Below, one piece after another: positions 32,410 to 43,443 of a DNA stretch of 64,000 bases. The notes under the pieces are model-generated. The model worked only from the letters and a program-made list of their open reading frames with translations, had not been told where the DNA came from and did no database searches. This DNA comes from a virus: IMG/VR virus record IMGVR_UViG_3300033233_000014, positions 32,001 to 96,000 of that record; one strand, given 5' to 3'. How positions within the stretch are numbered: position 1 is the stretch's first letter; every line of letters begins with the position of its first letter. The position numbers and the translations under genes are program-made.

Positions 32410-33308
32410 TACGCGCTCTCCCTCCGGAGCATCTTCCGCAGATCCTTCTGGTCATTCGGGTAGTTGTCGAGGTAGGGGAACGGCTCCGCCGGGTGCTCCT
32501 CCGTCCCCTGCCGACGCCAGGAGAGCCGCCGGGCCTCGACGCCCGCCTCGACGTAGAGCCACGTTCGGAAGAAGAGGAAGGCGACGTGGTCCATCGACCG
32601 CCGCTCGCCGCTCGTCCGGTAGGCGATGAGCTTCTCCCGCAGCGCGAGCGCCGGATCCCCGACGGACAGATCGGCGCCCGACGAGAGCCGGGCGAAGAGG
32701 CTGTCCGCGAGTTCGCGGTTCCGCTGCACGAAGATGTAGTGGCAGAAGGACGCGAGGCTGATCGACGGCACGAGCCCCTTGAGGCTCTCCCCCATCGTGA
32801 TGCTGTCGACGAGCCCCGGATTCTTACCGAGCAACTCGAGCAGGGTGCGCGCCGACGTCTTCGGGTTTCCCATGAAGAGTTGCTGGTTCCGGTACCTGTG
32901 GAACCACCGGATCGCCGCCTGCGCCGCCTTCGGATTCGAGATCGGCTGGCCGGTAGGCGACTTGATCTCGATTGCGTCGGCGACGCTCCGCGACAGCCGG
33001 TCCAGGTCGATGACCGGCAGCGCCTGATCGCGATTGGCGCCCTCGATCACGACCATCTGGATGGTCTTCTTGCACTCGATGACCGCCCACAGCCGGTGCT
33101 GGCCGTCGATCAGGAAGCCGTCCTCGTCGAGGATGATGGCGCACGCGGCCGTCACCCACTTCCCCTCGGCCATGCTCTTGGCGAGGAGGTGGACGTGCGC
33201 GTCCGACGTGTGTCGGTTCAGCACCTCCGGCTTCGCCTCGTTGAGCTTCTTCTCCGCCCAATGCGGACTGACTTCCTGAATCCACATCTTCAACCCGCTC
33301 TTGCCCAC
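32409..33308 (-). CDS. ParB-like N-terminal domain protein
   Basis: VSPHWAEKKL...NRH...LAKSMAEGKW...GFLIDGQHRLWAV. Confidence 0.75.
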   Translation of the reverse strand: MGKSGLKMWIQEVSPHWAEKKLNEAKPEVLNRHTSDAHVHLLAKSMAEGKWVTAACAIILDEDGFLIDGQHRLWAVIECKKTIQMVVIEGANRDQALPVIDLDRLSRSVADAIEIKSPTGQPISNPKAAQAAIRWFHRYRNQQLFMGNPKTSARTLLELLGKNPGLVDSITMGESLKGLVPSISLASFCHYIFVQRNRELADSLFARLSSGADLSVGDPALALREKLIAYRTSGERRSMDHVAFLFFRTWLYVEAGVEARRLSWRRQGTEEHPAEPFPYLDNYPNDQKDLRKMLRRESA

Positions 33309-33309
33309 G

Positions 33310-34023
33310 CTAGCCCTCCTTCTTGGGCGGCAACAGGGCCGCCCCTTCTGCCGACAGTTCCCACACCTTGATCGTCATGCGCCCGCCCTTATCCAAAGCG
33401 CGAGCCGTCTCGATCTCCTGAACCAGCCCGGCCTTGCTCAAGTCCGTCACGAACGTGTCGATGGTGGTCAGCCGGTGATACGCCCCGCGCCGCTTCGTCT
33501 CCTCCACCAGTTCGTTCGTGCTCATGCGGCCCCCGCGCAGCGCGTCGAGCATGGCGCGATGCCAGACCGTCAACTTGAGCGGCCTTCCGCCCCGCCCCGT
33601 TCGATCCTTCTCCAAAGGCTTCCTGGCGGGCTTCTCCGCCGACGTCTTCTCCAGCACCGCCTTGATCGCCGCCTCGGCCTTGCGCTGCACCGTGAGCGCC
33701 CGCGCGATGGCCTCGTCCGCTCGGCGATGGATCTCGAGGATCGCCTGCGCGCAGGCTTCCATCCGCTCGCCGCCGAACGTGCCCGCGTGCTTGCCCGTGC
33801 GCGCGATCTCGAGGAGTTGCTCGGCTGCGACATCCGCCCCGACGTTGATCGCGTCGTCCTCCGTCTTCATCTCGTGCGCCACGAGCCGCATGCGGAGTGC
33901 CTCGATGAGCCGCCAGCGCGCCTCGGCGTCGGCGTACTTCTGGGCCACCTCCGACGCGTGGTCGAAGATCAGCCGGTCGATGTCCTGCTCGATTTCCGAC
34001 TTCGGGGATGCTTCGTCGGTCAC
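33310..34023 (-). CDS. Hypothetical protein with C-terminal winged HTH
   Basis: MLDAL...MSTNELVE...TDLSKAGLVQE. Confidence 0.6.
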   Translation of the reverse strand: MTDEASPKSEIEQDIDRLIFDHASEVAQKYADAEARWRLIEALRMRLVAHEMKTEDDAINVGADVAAEQLLEIARTGKHAGTFGGERMEACAQAILEIHRRADEAIARALTVQRKAEAAIKAVLEKTSAEKPARKPLEKDRTGRGGRPLKLTVWHRAMLDALRGGRMSTNELVEETKRRGAYHRLTTIDTFVTDLSKAGLVQEIETARALDKGGRMTIKVWELSAEGAALLPPKKEG

Positions 34024-34625
34024 TTGCCTGCCTCCCCGACCGCCATCGCCGGCTCCCGCCACGGCAGCGTTCGGCTCTTGAGCAGCGGCCAGCCACCCTC
34101 GGGATCCTCGATCACCGGGCAGTACCGCCTGTTGCGCGCGAGGTGCGCCCACCGCGCCCCGTGCGGCACCGTGTAGCCCCAATAGGCGCGCTCCTGCAGG
34201 TTGCGCTCGACGCGCGCCAGCATCCGCTTCGCGCTGCGCGCATTGCCTTCCTCGATCGGGCGCAGCGTGACGTCGATGGGCTTGCCGTGGAGCGACGCCC
34301 AGGCGTGGTCAATCGGGATGAACGCCAGGCACTTGCCCTCGGCGTACTCGATCGGCAGCCCGCGCCCCTGCGCCACGTCGACCAGCCGGGTCGCGTTGAA
34401 GAAGCACTGCTTCACCTTGGGCATGAAGGGCAGCCGCCAGAACAGGGCGCACAGGATCTCCCGCTCTTCGTCCGTGAACGGATCAGCGGGGCACGGCGCA
34501 CCGTGATGGAAGATCGCCTCGTCGTGGGTCGGAAAGATGAAGCCCTCGGGCCGGTGCAGGCGCTGGCCGAGCGTGACCATGCCCTCGAAGTACTGCCGCA
34601 GGAAGGCGAACCCGTCGGTGCTCAC
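34020..34625 (-). CDS. Hypothetical protein (transglutaminase-like C/H/D pattern)
   Basis: KQCFFNA...YAEG...IDHAW...IDVT. Confidence 0.6.
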   Translation of the reverse strand: MSTDGFAFLRQYFEGMVTLGQRLHRPEGFIFPTHDEAIFHHGAPCPADPFTDEEREILCALFWRLPFMPKVKQCFFNATRLVDVAQGRGLPIEYAEGKCLAFIPIDHAWASLHGKPIDVTLRPIEEGNARSAKRMLARVERNLQERAYWGYTVPHGARWAHLARNRRYCPVIEDPEGGWPLLKSRTLPWREPAMAVGEAGK

Positions 34626-35035
34626 TTGCTCTCTCCGATGCACTTCCGGCAGGGGATCACTTCCATGTTGAAGACCTCGAAGCCCGTGTCCTGGCAGCGC
34701 TCGCACTTCGGCCGCTCGGCCTCCTTCTTCGCGCCCGGCTTCAGCGCCCCCGAGAGCCGCTGCGCCCGCTCCCGTTCGCTCCGGAGTTCCGTCTCGAGTT
34801 CCCCCACGCGCTGCCGAAGCCCGTGGATCTCCTCCTGCAGCGCGCTGCGAACGGTGCCCGTGGCCTCGTCGTGCTGCTGCGCCGCGCTGGTGAGGGCGCC
34901 CTCGATCATCTCGACCAGTTCCGCCGCCGTCGCACCGGAGACGGCGTCGGCCACCGTCTTCGGACGGTTGCGTCGCCACCGCGCGAGGATCTCGCGCGCC
35001 GTGCGCTGGTGCGGGGGAATCGGGGTCTCGTTCAC
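34622..35035 (-). CDS. Hypothetical coiled-coil protein with C-terminal Zn ribbon
   Basis: SD GAAGGAAGG; CERCQDTG...PCRKC. Confidence 0.65.
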   Translation of the reverse strand: MNETPIPPHQRTAREILARWRRNRPKTVADAVSGATAAELVEMIEGALTSAAQQHDEATGTVRSALQEEIHGLRQRVGELETELRSERERAQRLSGALKPGAKKEAERPKCERCQDTGFEVFNMEVIPCRKCIGESK

Positions 35036-35064
35036 CGGCCTCTACCTTCCTTCAGTCGCGCCGG

Positions 35065-35092
35065 AGTATACCGTAATGCTTATCTTTGTCAA
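35065..35092 (-). promoter_or_regulatory. Early-type sigma70 promoter
   Basis: TTGACA-16-TATACT. Confidence 0.7.
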
Positions 35093-35400
35093 GTCTCAAA
35101 TCGTCGGCACGAGATCGATCTCGACCTCGCGGCCGTCGATCTGAACGACCACCACCGTGCGTGCCACGTCGCCATCCCACCGCACGCGGAGCAGCCCGCG
35201 CACCCGGAGGGCCACGCCCTTCTGCACCGGCAAGTCCATCACCACCGCGTAACGCAGCGGCGGCACCCGCTGATCCTCCGGCTGCCGCCCCGGGATGTGC
35301 CGCCCGGACGGCGCCTCGGCGACGAGCGTGCCGTCCCGGCGCCGGCTCACCGAGAGCCGGAGCTGGATTGGCCCTCCGCGCTGACGCCCGTCGACCACCG

Positions 35401-35655
35401 CTATGCCTCCGCCGGAGTCATCCCCGGCTGTTCCATCTCCCGCACTTGCCGCTCGATTTCCTCGATCTGCTGCCGCGTCCCGTTCACCGCCGCCACGCCC
35501 GTGTTCACCGCCTGCTCGGCCGCCTCGGGCGTGGCGTACCCGCCGATGGCCCGCAGGCGCAGCACCGTGGCGAGGCACTCCCGATGCGCCGGGAGGTACT
35601 CGGCCACGCGCCGGGCCTGTTGCCGCAGTTCGATGATGAGTTCGTTCTGTGTCAT
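35401..35655 (-). CDS. Hypothetical protein
   Basis: MTQNELII, helical. Confidence 0.6.
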   Translation of the reverse strand: MTQNELIIELRQQARRVAEYLPAHRECLATVLRLRAIGGYATPEAAEQAVNTGVAAVNGTRQQIEEIERQVREMEQPGMTPAEA

Positions 35656-36041
35656 GGTTGCCTCTGGTAAACCGCCACGTCCCGTCGTGGTTCGCTTTCT
35701 CTGCACCAACCCCATACTCTCCGCCCTCGCGGGCTTGTCGGCGTGGTTGGATTTGCGGCTCCTGCCGCTCTGACGCCGCGTTCTTCGGCCTTGCGGCCTA
35801 CGGTATGTGCTGATCGGTCCCCGAGTCGAACGGGTGTCCCCCATGCGGTGTTCCACGCGCCGCGTGCCTTCGGGTTGTCATCCCTCCGGCCCGCTGCGGG
35901 CGTTCGCCCGGCGTGACTGCGCCGGTGCCCGGCGGCTCCTGGCGGAACCGTTCTCCCCGGGCGTCCTCATGGTCGGGCTCAGCGGTGACGAACCGCCTGC
36001 CCCAGGGCGGGGTGCCAGCCCCCGACCGACCCTGGTGGCCG

Positions 36042-36260
36042 CTACTCCTCGTTCGAGTCGAAGCAGCCGTAGTCCTCATCGGTGCCGAAGCCCGCGCTGG
36101 CGAGCGCCGAGGCCGCATCCCCGTCGAGGCTGTCGTCCATCTCGACCTCGACCTCGGCCGCCTCACGCGGATCGACATCCGCCTCGGCCAGCCGCTCGGC
36201 GTCCTCCAGCCAGGCCTGCCGCCGCACGTTCATCTCGCTCGGGCTCTTCGGGTCGTTCAT
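36042..36260 (-). CDS. Small acidic protein
   Basis: SD AGGAGG; DGDAASALASAGFGTDEDYG. Confidence 0.7.
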   Translation of the reverse strand: MNDPKSPSEMNVRRQAWLEDAERLAEADVDPREAAEVEVEMDDSLDGDAASALASAGFGTDEDYGCFDSNEE

Positions 36261-36298
36261 CGCCGTCCTCCTGCTTTCCGGTCTTCTTGACCTACCAA

Positions 36299-36327
36299 AT
36301 GATACCCGATGCACGTATCTTTGTCAA
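36299..36327 (-). promoter_or_regulatory. Early-type sigma70 promoter (ATCGGG class)
   Basis: TTGACA-17-TATCAT. Confidence 0.75.
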
Positions 36328-36376
36328 GAGTGATTCCGCGGAAATCCTCGGATTCTCGAAACCCGGTTTCTGCGCG

Positions 36377-36739
36377 CTAGACGCGCTTCCTGGGCGGAAT
36401 CGGGAACTTGGCGTTGACGTCCTTCTCGACGTAGTCGCCCATCCGGTTCCGCACGAACTCGCGGGCGCCGTACCGCTCGGCCACCCAGGCGGTGACCTGA
36501 ACCAGCACCAGCGGCTTGTTCTTCGGCACCGGGTAGGTGACCGGGAACCACTTCATGAAGTTGTGGTGGTAGTGCGCGTCGGGATCGGTCTTGTATTCCA
36601 CGCCGTCCTTGAAGCGCCCGACGAGGAAGCCCGCGCCGTGTCCGCCCCGCCCGCGATCCACACCGCGGTAGTAGATCGCGATGCGCTCGCCGCTTGCGGC
36701 CTTGCATTGATCGTAGGTGTTGATGATGTCCCGAGGCAC
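36377..36739 (-). CDS. Hypothetical protein
   Basis: 120-aa ORF with SD. Confidence 0.65.
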   Translation of the reverse strand: MPRDIINTYDQCKAASGERIAIYYRGVDRGRGGHGAGFLVGRFKDGVEYKTDPDAHYHHNFMKWFPVTYPVPKNKPLVLVQVTAWVAERYGAREFVRNRMGDYVEKDVNAKFPIPPRKRV

Positions 36740-36741
36740 GA

Positions 36742-37002
36742 CTACGTCCTCCCCTCAATCCGGGCGAGCACGGCGCGAGCCTCGGCGATCGCCATGTCAG
36801 CCGAGTTGCAGTTCGTGGCGTCCGCCATCGCGTCGGTAGTGGACACCAGCCCCCGCAGCGCCGCGAGCAACTCCGGCGCCGCCGCGAACAGCCGTCCCGT
36901 CTCCGGCGCGAACCGCTCCTTGAAGGCGAGCGGGGGCGCACCCTCCATGTGCTGCACGATCTGCAGCGTGATCTCGTCGTAGGTGTAGGTGATCTCGGGC
37001 AT
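36742..37002 (-). CDS. Hypothetical protein
   Basis: RLFAAAPELLAAL motif common in small phage proteins. Confidence 0.65.
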   Translation of the reverse strand: MPEITYTYDEITLQIVQHMEGAPPLAFKERFAPETGRLFAAAPELLAALRGLVSTTDAMADATNCNSADMAIAEARAVLARIEGRT

Positions 37003-37004
37003 GG

Positions 37005-38192
37005 CTACTTCCCCTCCTCGAACACGCACTCCCGAGCCCGCTTGTCGTCGCGCACGTCGTCGAGCATCGCCGGGTGCCGCAGGCTCCCGCCCGCCATCCG
37101 CCCGAAGTGGGCGATCTTCATCACCTTGCCCTTGTAGGTGGCGAAGTCCTGCGCGAACCGGCGGCTCCACTCGGCCGTCATCGCGCCGACCTGCACCAGC
37201 GGCTTCAGCACCCCGCCGACGTACTGCCCGCAGAGCACCGACTTCGCCATCGGCTCGGCGACCTTGTTCACGGCCCGGGAGATCGTGACCTCGAGGATCA
37301 CCATGTCCTCCTCGAACCACTTCTTCGCCTTCATCCAATGGCCCGGCTTCGCACCGCCGCCGCCGTAGGCCCCGCCGTCCCGCCGCTTGAGCACCAGCCC
37401 CTCGTGCTCCGCCTTGAACCGGCGGACGAACCCGTCCTCCCACCGCGGCACGAGGCGGAAGCGCGCCTGCGTCTTCGTGTCGAGCCCCGCGTGCCACCGC
37501 TCGAGTCGCGCCCGCCGCTCCGCATCGGCGAGGTGCGCGATGGGCTCGTGGTCGACTACCAGGAGGTCGAACACGTCGACCCACCCGTGCCCGAGTGCCG
37601 CCCGGCGCGCGATGGCGTGCTGCGTGCCGATGCCCAGTTCCCCGACGATCAGGCAGCCCGCTGGCATCGGCCACGCCGCCAGTTCGTACTCCTTCTCCAT
37701 CTGCGAGCGCGACCAGAAGCGGTTCTGCGGGCCGGTGAACACGGCGACCCACCAGCCGTCGAGTTTCGGCTCGGCGACGTGCTCGCCCTTCGCGTCGATC
37801 TCCGCGAGCGCCTCGAGGGCGCGCCCCGGCTCCTCGGCCGCCGCCTTGCCCCCGCAGCCCTGGTACCAGGCCTGCGCCTGGAAGGTGTCGGCCTGGAACC
37901 GCGTGGCCGCCACCCGGGCCGTCCCGAGGGCCGGCTTCCCGCCCGCCGGTTCGGGCTCGGGCGCCGGAGCCGGGGACGCCTTCGGCCGCTTGTTCGCGCC
38001 GTTCGTGGACGCAACCGGCGCCGGGGCCCCGTTGGCCCCGCGCCACTCCTTCAGGTGCTTGCACGTCTTCGGCGTCTCGTGGCTGTTCCGCCAGCCGGGG
38101 CAGGTGCAGTAGACCACCCCGTCGCCGCCCTGCACGATGTTGTAGGTCACGTCCGGATTCGACTTCGACCGCATTGTCGCGAGCACCGTCAT
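37005..38192 (-). CDS. ATP-dependent DNA ligase with N-terminal SWIM Zn finger
   Basis: YCTCPGW...TCKHL; EPKLDG, IVGEL, VFDLL, EGLVLK, WMKAKK, SLRHP. Confidence 0.85.
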   Translation of the reverse strand: MTVLATMRSKSNPDVTYNIVQGGDGVVYCTCPGWRNSHETPKTCKHLKEWRGANGAPAPVASTNGANKRPKASPAPAPEPEPAGGKPALGTARVAATRFQADTFQAQAWYQGCGGKAAAEEPGRALEALAEIDAKGEHVAEPKLDGWWVAVFTGPQNRFWSRSQMEKEYELAAWPMPAGCLIVGELGIGTQHAIARRAALGHGWVDVFDLLVVDHEPIAHLADAERRARLERWHAGLDTKTQARFRLVPRWEDGFVRRFKAEHEGLVLKRRDGGAYGGGGAKPGHWMKAKKWFEEDMVILEVTISRAVNKVAEPMAKSVLCGQYVGGVLKPLVQVGAMTAEWSRRFAQDFATYKGKVMKIAHFGRMAGGSLRHPAMLDDVRDDKRARECVFEEGK

Positions 38193-38722
38193 GCCACACC
38201 GACCTTTCCTGGTCCGTAGGACCACTCGACGCCGCAGTCAAGGCAATAGTCGCCCCACCCGGGCTCGGCCGGATCGCCGCACTCGCGGCACGTCTCGATC
38301 AGCAGCGCCTCGACCTTGGCCTGTTTGTTCTTCTTGGCCTTCCGCTTCTCCCGCTTCTCCCACCGCTTCGCCGTCCGTGCCTGCTTCGCCTCGGCCGCGA
38401 GCCAGGCCTGGATCTCGGCATCGAGCGCCTGCAGATCGGCCTTCGTCGGCCCGCGCACCTTCCGCTCCCGCGCCGGCATCAGCGTCTTCTGATCCGACGG
38501 GCTGAGTTTGAGGCACCGGAAGCACATGACCCGATTCTTGTCGACGATCAGGCGACACCGCTCGCAGCACGCCTTCTCGCACTCCCGGCAGCGCCGGAGC
38601 GTCTGGAACTCGAGGCTCGTCTTGCAAAGCCGGCAGCGATCCGGGCACTCCATTGCGCAGATCTCGGCCGCGTTCTGCTGCGCTTGGTAGAGCCGCGACG
38701 GCTGCTTGAGGCCGAAGGACAT
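38189..38722 (-). CDS. Cys-rich Zn-finger protein
   Basis: Multiple CxxC pairs. Confidence 0.6.
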   Translation of the reverse strand: MSFGLKQPSRLYQAQQNAAEICAMECPDRCRLCKTSLEFQTLRRCRECEKACCERCRLIVDKNRVMCFRCLKLSPSDQKTLMPARERKVRGPTKADLQALDAEIQAWLAAEAKQARTAKRWEKREKRKAKKNKQAKVEALLIETCRECGDPAEPGWGDYCLDCGVEWSYGPGKVGVA

Positions 38723-38982
38723 TACCGCACTCCCATCTCAGCGAGGCAGCAGTCGCAGCCCCCGCACCCGACCGGCCCCGCGCACATCTCCCGCTCCTCG
38801 GCGAGCAGCGCCTGCGCCTCGGCCTCCGCCTCACGCTCGGCCGCCCGCGCCTCATCGGCCGCGATCTCGGCCGCGAGACGCTCCGCTCGATCCGCGTCGA
38901 TGGCGGCCTGCGCCGCCCGCGCCCCGAGCATCTGCTCCCGCAGCATCCGCGTGATGAACTCGTCCACCACGCTCATCCCCAT
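38722..38982 (-). CDS. Hypothetical protein
   Basis: SD GGGAGG; first gene after a promoter. Confidence 0.65.
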   Translation of the reverse strand: MGMSVVDEFITRMLREQMLGARAAQAAIDADRAERLAAEIAADEARAAEREAEAEAQALLAEEREMCAGPVGCGGCDCCLAEMGVR

Positions 38983-39012
38983 CGCCGTCCTCCCTTCATT
39001 CCTCATGCCCAG

Positions 39013-39041
39013 ATTGTACCCGATGCTTGTACTTTTGTCAA
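39013..39041 (-). promoter_or_regulatory. Early-type sigma70 promoter (ATCGGG class)
   Basis: TTGACA-17-TACAAT. Confidence 0.8.
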
Positions 39042-39160
39042 GGGCCGCAACGAGATTCCATGCGCCACGGAATCCGTAGGGTGTCAATGGGTTACGAAAA
39101 GAGAGCGGCCCAGGGCCAGGCGGGAGGAGGACGGCCTGCCCGCGCTGGCCCCGGAACCGC

Positions 39161-42100
39161 TCAAAGTCCGCCCAGTCCCTCCTCGTCGGGGTTGAGCCCC
39201 AAATCGATCATCAACCGCCGCAGCGCCGTGCGCAGACTTGCCACTCCTGCGCCGAGTCCGTCGAGTCGCTGCTCCGTCTTCTCGCGGAACTCGCGCGCCG
39301 TTCGCTCCGCACCAGTCTCGCGCTCGCTCGCCGTCGCCGTCCGATCGCCACCCGACGGTGGTGCCGCGTGCGCTTCGGTGGCGTCCGGCCCGCATGCCAC
39401 ATGCGTCGCCGGCCGCCCCGGCGCCCAGAGAATCGGATCCCCCACTTCGATCGGATCGCTGCAGACGTCGCAGCGCCCCTCGAACTGCGCCGGGATCTCG
39501 CGGTACTCGCGGTCGCTCACGCGCGTGCCTCCTCGTCATCCCAGATACCCCGCACCCAGTCCAACGCCTCTTCGAAGGCGTGGCCGGGTTGTGTCTCCGA
39601 CGCCTGCATCGCCTCGGCGCTCGCCCACACGACTCGCCGGCCGCGGCAACGCGCACATTCGAAGTACGTCCGGCCCCAGCCTTCGCGCACAACACGCCAG
39701 CGGTGCCAGAGCCGGCACAGGAACGGCAGGGGGCCGCGGCAGATGGTGATTGTCGGGTTCTTCATCGTGTTCCTCCGATCCATCGCGGCAGGCTGGACCT
39801 GAACCAGGCCCACCCCCCGGCCAGCGCCGTCGACCCGCCGATCGCCCAGAGGATCAGCACGTCGAACAGCCCGCCATCGAGCATTCAGCCCATCGGCAAC
39901 GTCATCGTGTCCTCCTACCGCACCCGGAACCCGCCGTACTCGGCCGCCTTGGCGAGCCAGTCGAGCCACTCGCCCCAGAATACGTTCGCCTCGGCCTCGG
40001 GCCAGTCCTGCTCCTTGACGATCCGCTCACGCTTCGCCTTCGCCAGCGCCGCCCGGATCTCCTCGGGATGGACGAGCCAGTCGTCGTTGCTGCAGAACTT
40101 CCGAATCGGCATCCCCGTCACGGGCTCCGCCGCCCGGAAGTCGATCGGCGGGATGCCCTTCCCTGGCGTCGGCTCGACCTCGCGCAGATCGAGCATGCCC
40201 TGCACCTCCATCTCGGCCCGGAGTGACCGCATGCCCCAGACGTTCGCGCGGAAGTAGGCGCCGCACTTCTCGGCGCCCTTGATGTAGCGCCCGTAGAGTT
40301 CGCCCCCCCGCCCCACGAGTGCCTTCGCCTGTTCCGGCTCCGTCTTGTGCAGCCGATCCGCCTCCTCCCACAGCCGATCCGCCTCGGTGCTCAACTCCGC
40401 GAGGTTGCCCGGCGGCTGCTCCCAGTACATGTCGTAGCCCATCTACGCGATCTCCCTCTCCGAGAGCCGCTCCGACACCTTCGGCTGCGCCGTCTCCCCA
40501 AGGATGTGCTCGACGTCGATCACGGCGCCGCTCGGCAGCGCGTCCCAGTTGTCGTGGATGAAGCGATGCGCCGTCGGCATCGTGCGCCCGCCCCAGACCG
40601 CCGGATCGTGCTGCGCCTCGCACGTCACCAGCCGCATCAGGACGACGTACTCCCGCTGCTCGTCCCCGGAGAGCCCAAATCCGGCCCGCGCCAGGAGGTA
40701 GCGGTCGAGATCGCGCCCCGGGTCGAGATCGTGCCCCGGCTCGAGCCGGACAGCGAGTGCCGGGATGAACGTCGCACGGTCGCGGATCTCGAAGGTCTTT
40801 GTCTCCATGCCTACTGCCCCGGGAGCCCGGACTCCCCGCGCTCGTCCTTGTCCTCGATCACCTTCGGCCCCTCGGGCGTCAGCCCGAGCACCATGACGCC
40901 GCTGCGCCGCCCGAACGTCACGCGCTTCTGGGCCTTCATGTTCGGGAAGACGACTTCCTTGCCCTCGTCCGAGTACTCATCGCGCCGCACCTCGTCCCAC
41001 GCGAGGTACTCGGCGACCGGCACCCACTTCCGGCCGAAATTCGACAGCCACGCCTTCCCCTCGTCGAAGGTGTAGGCGAAGTCCGTCGTCCGCGAGTCAT
41101 CCCACGGCCACGGCCACCCGTGCTCGGGGAGCGTGGCATCCTCGCGCTTCGCCAGCATCTCGCCGACCGCGGTGCGGAACGCCCGCTCGTCGGTAGCCTG
41201 CATCACCGCCGGATGACTCTTGGTGAGTCCCCCGCCATCCGGGTAGCCGTCCCACGCCGTCGAGCCGAGCCACTCGATCTTCTTGCCCTTCCCGATGTAG
41301 TAGTCCGACCGCGTCCCCATGCCGTCCTCCTTCTACGCGCCTCGAAGCGCGTGGGTTGCCCACTTCACGATCTTCTCCCCGAACCGCTGGCAGATCTCCC
41401 GATAGCACGGATGGTTCAGCAGCCGCTGCGTCACCGTCCAGCGATCCGCAATCGGCATCCCCGACACTCGCTCGAGGTGCTGGCGCAGCGGGCGCAGCGC
41501 TAGCCGCATCGCCTTGTCGTCGCCCTTCGCCCGCTCCAGCGCCGTGACGGCCGTGCGGAGCATCGCGTCGAGCCCGCCCTTGGGTTCCGCCGGGCTAGTC
41601 ATAGACGATGCGCCCCGCCTTCGTCGTGACGACGTTCTTCTTCACGACGATCTTCCCGACATCGCCCTGCTCCTCCCCCTCCCACGTCACCTCGCCGCTC
41701 AGGACGTAGTCCCACGGCTTGAGGAAGTGCGTGATCAGGTACTGGAGCCATTCGACGTAGGCGTAGAACTTCTCGCCCTCGTCCCAGACGATCGCGGTGC
41801 CCTCGGCGTTCGGCACCCATTGGCACCAGAGGCCGGGCTGCCCCTTCGGGGGCTCGTTGTGATCGCGGACAGAGGGATCCTCTCCCTGCCCGAAGTCCGG
41901 CGCCTCGACACGGCCCGTCTTCCGGTCGAGTCGCGCGCTCCCGACGTAGTAGCCGCCCTCGGTTCCGATCAGGAGTCCAGCATCCAGCCGGATCGGATCT
42001 TCAATGCGTGCCGCCTTCGCCGCGTCACGCTTCATGCGGCGCGTCTCGGCGAACGCCTGGAGGTAGCGCCGGTGCTTGGCTGCCAGCGGCTTGTTCAGCG

Positions 42101-42835
42101 CGAACTCGCCCGTGAAGTTGGTGGTGTAGCCCATCGCTTCTCCTCCGCGCGCTCCGCGCGAGTTAGACCTCGAACTCGCGATCCGAGAGCATGATGATCG
42201 GGCCCGCGCCACGCGGCTCGGCGTCCGTCTGCCCCTGGACCGCCACGAGCGGACGATCCGTCACCTCGTCCCCATCGATCTCGGCCGTGAGCATGATCTG
42301 GGCCTGCTCGGGATCCGTGCAGCCCATCTCGCGCAGGTCGAGTTCGGCCCCCGCCAGCAGCACCCTGAGTCGTGCAAGAGTCATTAGTTCGTTCCTCCCT
42401 TGAGGGCGCGGCGCATCACGCGCGCCCGCGCCTGGGCCTCGTGTCCCACCGAAAGCAGCGTGAGCAGGAGGCGCTTGAGCGCCCCACGCACCCGCTGCGG
42501 CTCCCCGCCATCGAGCGACAGGAACGTGAGCCCCTCGGGCGTCTCGGGGAAGTGGAGCACCGCCCCGTAGGGCGTCTCGATCCCGATCATCGGCCCCGCC
42601 GTCCGCGCCTGAGATTCGCTCGCCGTCTTCATCGTCCGCCCTCCCATCCGATGTTCTTGCTGGCGCGAACATGCCCGCCCGGCCCGACCTCTTCGCGCTT
42701 CTTCATGACTTCGGCGTAGTAGGCACCAACATCTCCCTGGAACCACGGCGAACCCGACGGCTCGTTGCGCCACCTCTCCAGCAGCGATTCGTAGTCGGCC
42801 TCGTCGATCCACGCCTTCATTTCAATCGGGATCAT
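39161..42835 (-). other. Operon of ~10 small hypothetical proteins (39161-39520, 39517-39765, 39915-40442, 40443-40808, 40811-41320, 41333-41602, 41595-42134, 42163-42384, 42384-42632, 42629-42835)
   Basis: Consecutive minus-strand ORFs with overlapping start/stop codons and SD sites. Confidence 0.65.
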
Positions 42836-42857
42836 GCCGTCCTCCTTCACGCCCAAG

Positions 42858-42886
42858 ATTGTACCCGATGCGTTGGCTTTTGTCAA
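42858..42886 (-). promoter_or_regulatory. Early-type sigma70 promoter (ATCGGG class)
   Basis: TTGACA-17-TACAAT. Confidence 0.8.
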
Positions 42887-43281
42887 GCCGTCTTCTGCTC
42901 CTCGCGCTCCCGATCTGCCTGGGCGGCGACGCACGCGCGCAGCCGCTGCGCGATGTACTTGGCCGCCTGTTGGGGCGTGCGGAAGAACTTCCGCGCGGCG
43001 TAGACCTCTTCCGAGGGCGCCCCGCCGTTCCCCCGGCACGAAGACCACCGCGGATCCTCGTAGACCACGATGTCGTCCGAGTTGCGATTCTCGGCGAAGG
43101 TGAAGGCCGGCACGCCGTCCCCGAAGACCGACAGCGTCAGCCCCTGCTCCCGCCCGTTCAAGTACGGGTAGATGTACCCATTGTTCATGCAGCCCGGCGA
43201 TTGCCAGTCGCGCAGTTCGCGCCGCAGCGCCGTCGCCACCTGATCCGCCCGCCGCATTGACGTCGTCCGTTGGATTTGCAT
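42883..43281 (-). CDS. Hypothetical protein
   Basis: SD AGGAGG directly after a promoter. Confidence 0.7.
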   Translation of the reverse strand: MQIQRTTSMRRADQVATALRRELRDWQSPGCMNNGYIYPYLNGREQGLTLSVFGDGVPAFTFAENRNSDDIVVYEDPRWSSCRGNGGAPSEEVYAARKFFRTPQQAAKYIAQRLRACVAAQADREREEQKTA

Positions 43282-43300
43282 GTCCGTCCTCCTACTTCAT

Positions 43301-43329
43301 ATCATACCCGATGTGGCTACTTTTGTCAA
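43301..43329 (-). promoter_or_regulatory. Early-type sigma70 promoter (ATCGGG class)
   Basis: TTGACA-17-TATGAT. Confidence 0.8.
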
Positions 43330-43443
43330 GAATGAATCCGGAATGAATCTGGAGGCCAAGAATGGCGACAGGTGGGGGTGCGTGCATGGCCGCTTATGGC
43401 CCAGGCGTACCAAAGCGCCCCGGATCAGCGTCCCGGCGTCTCC

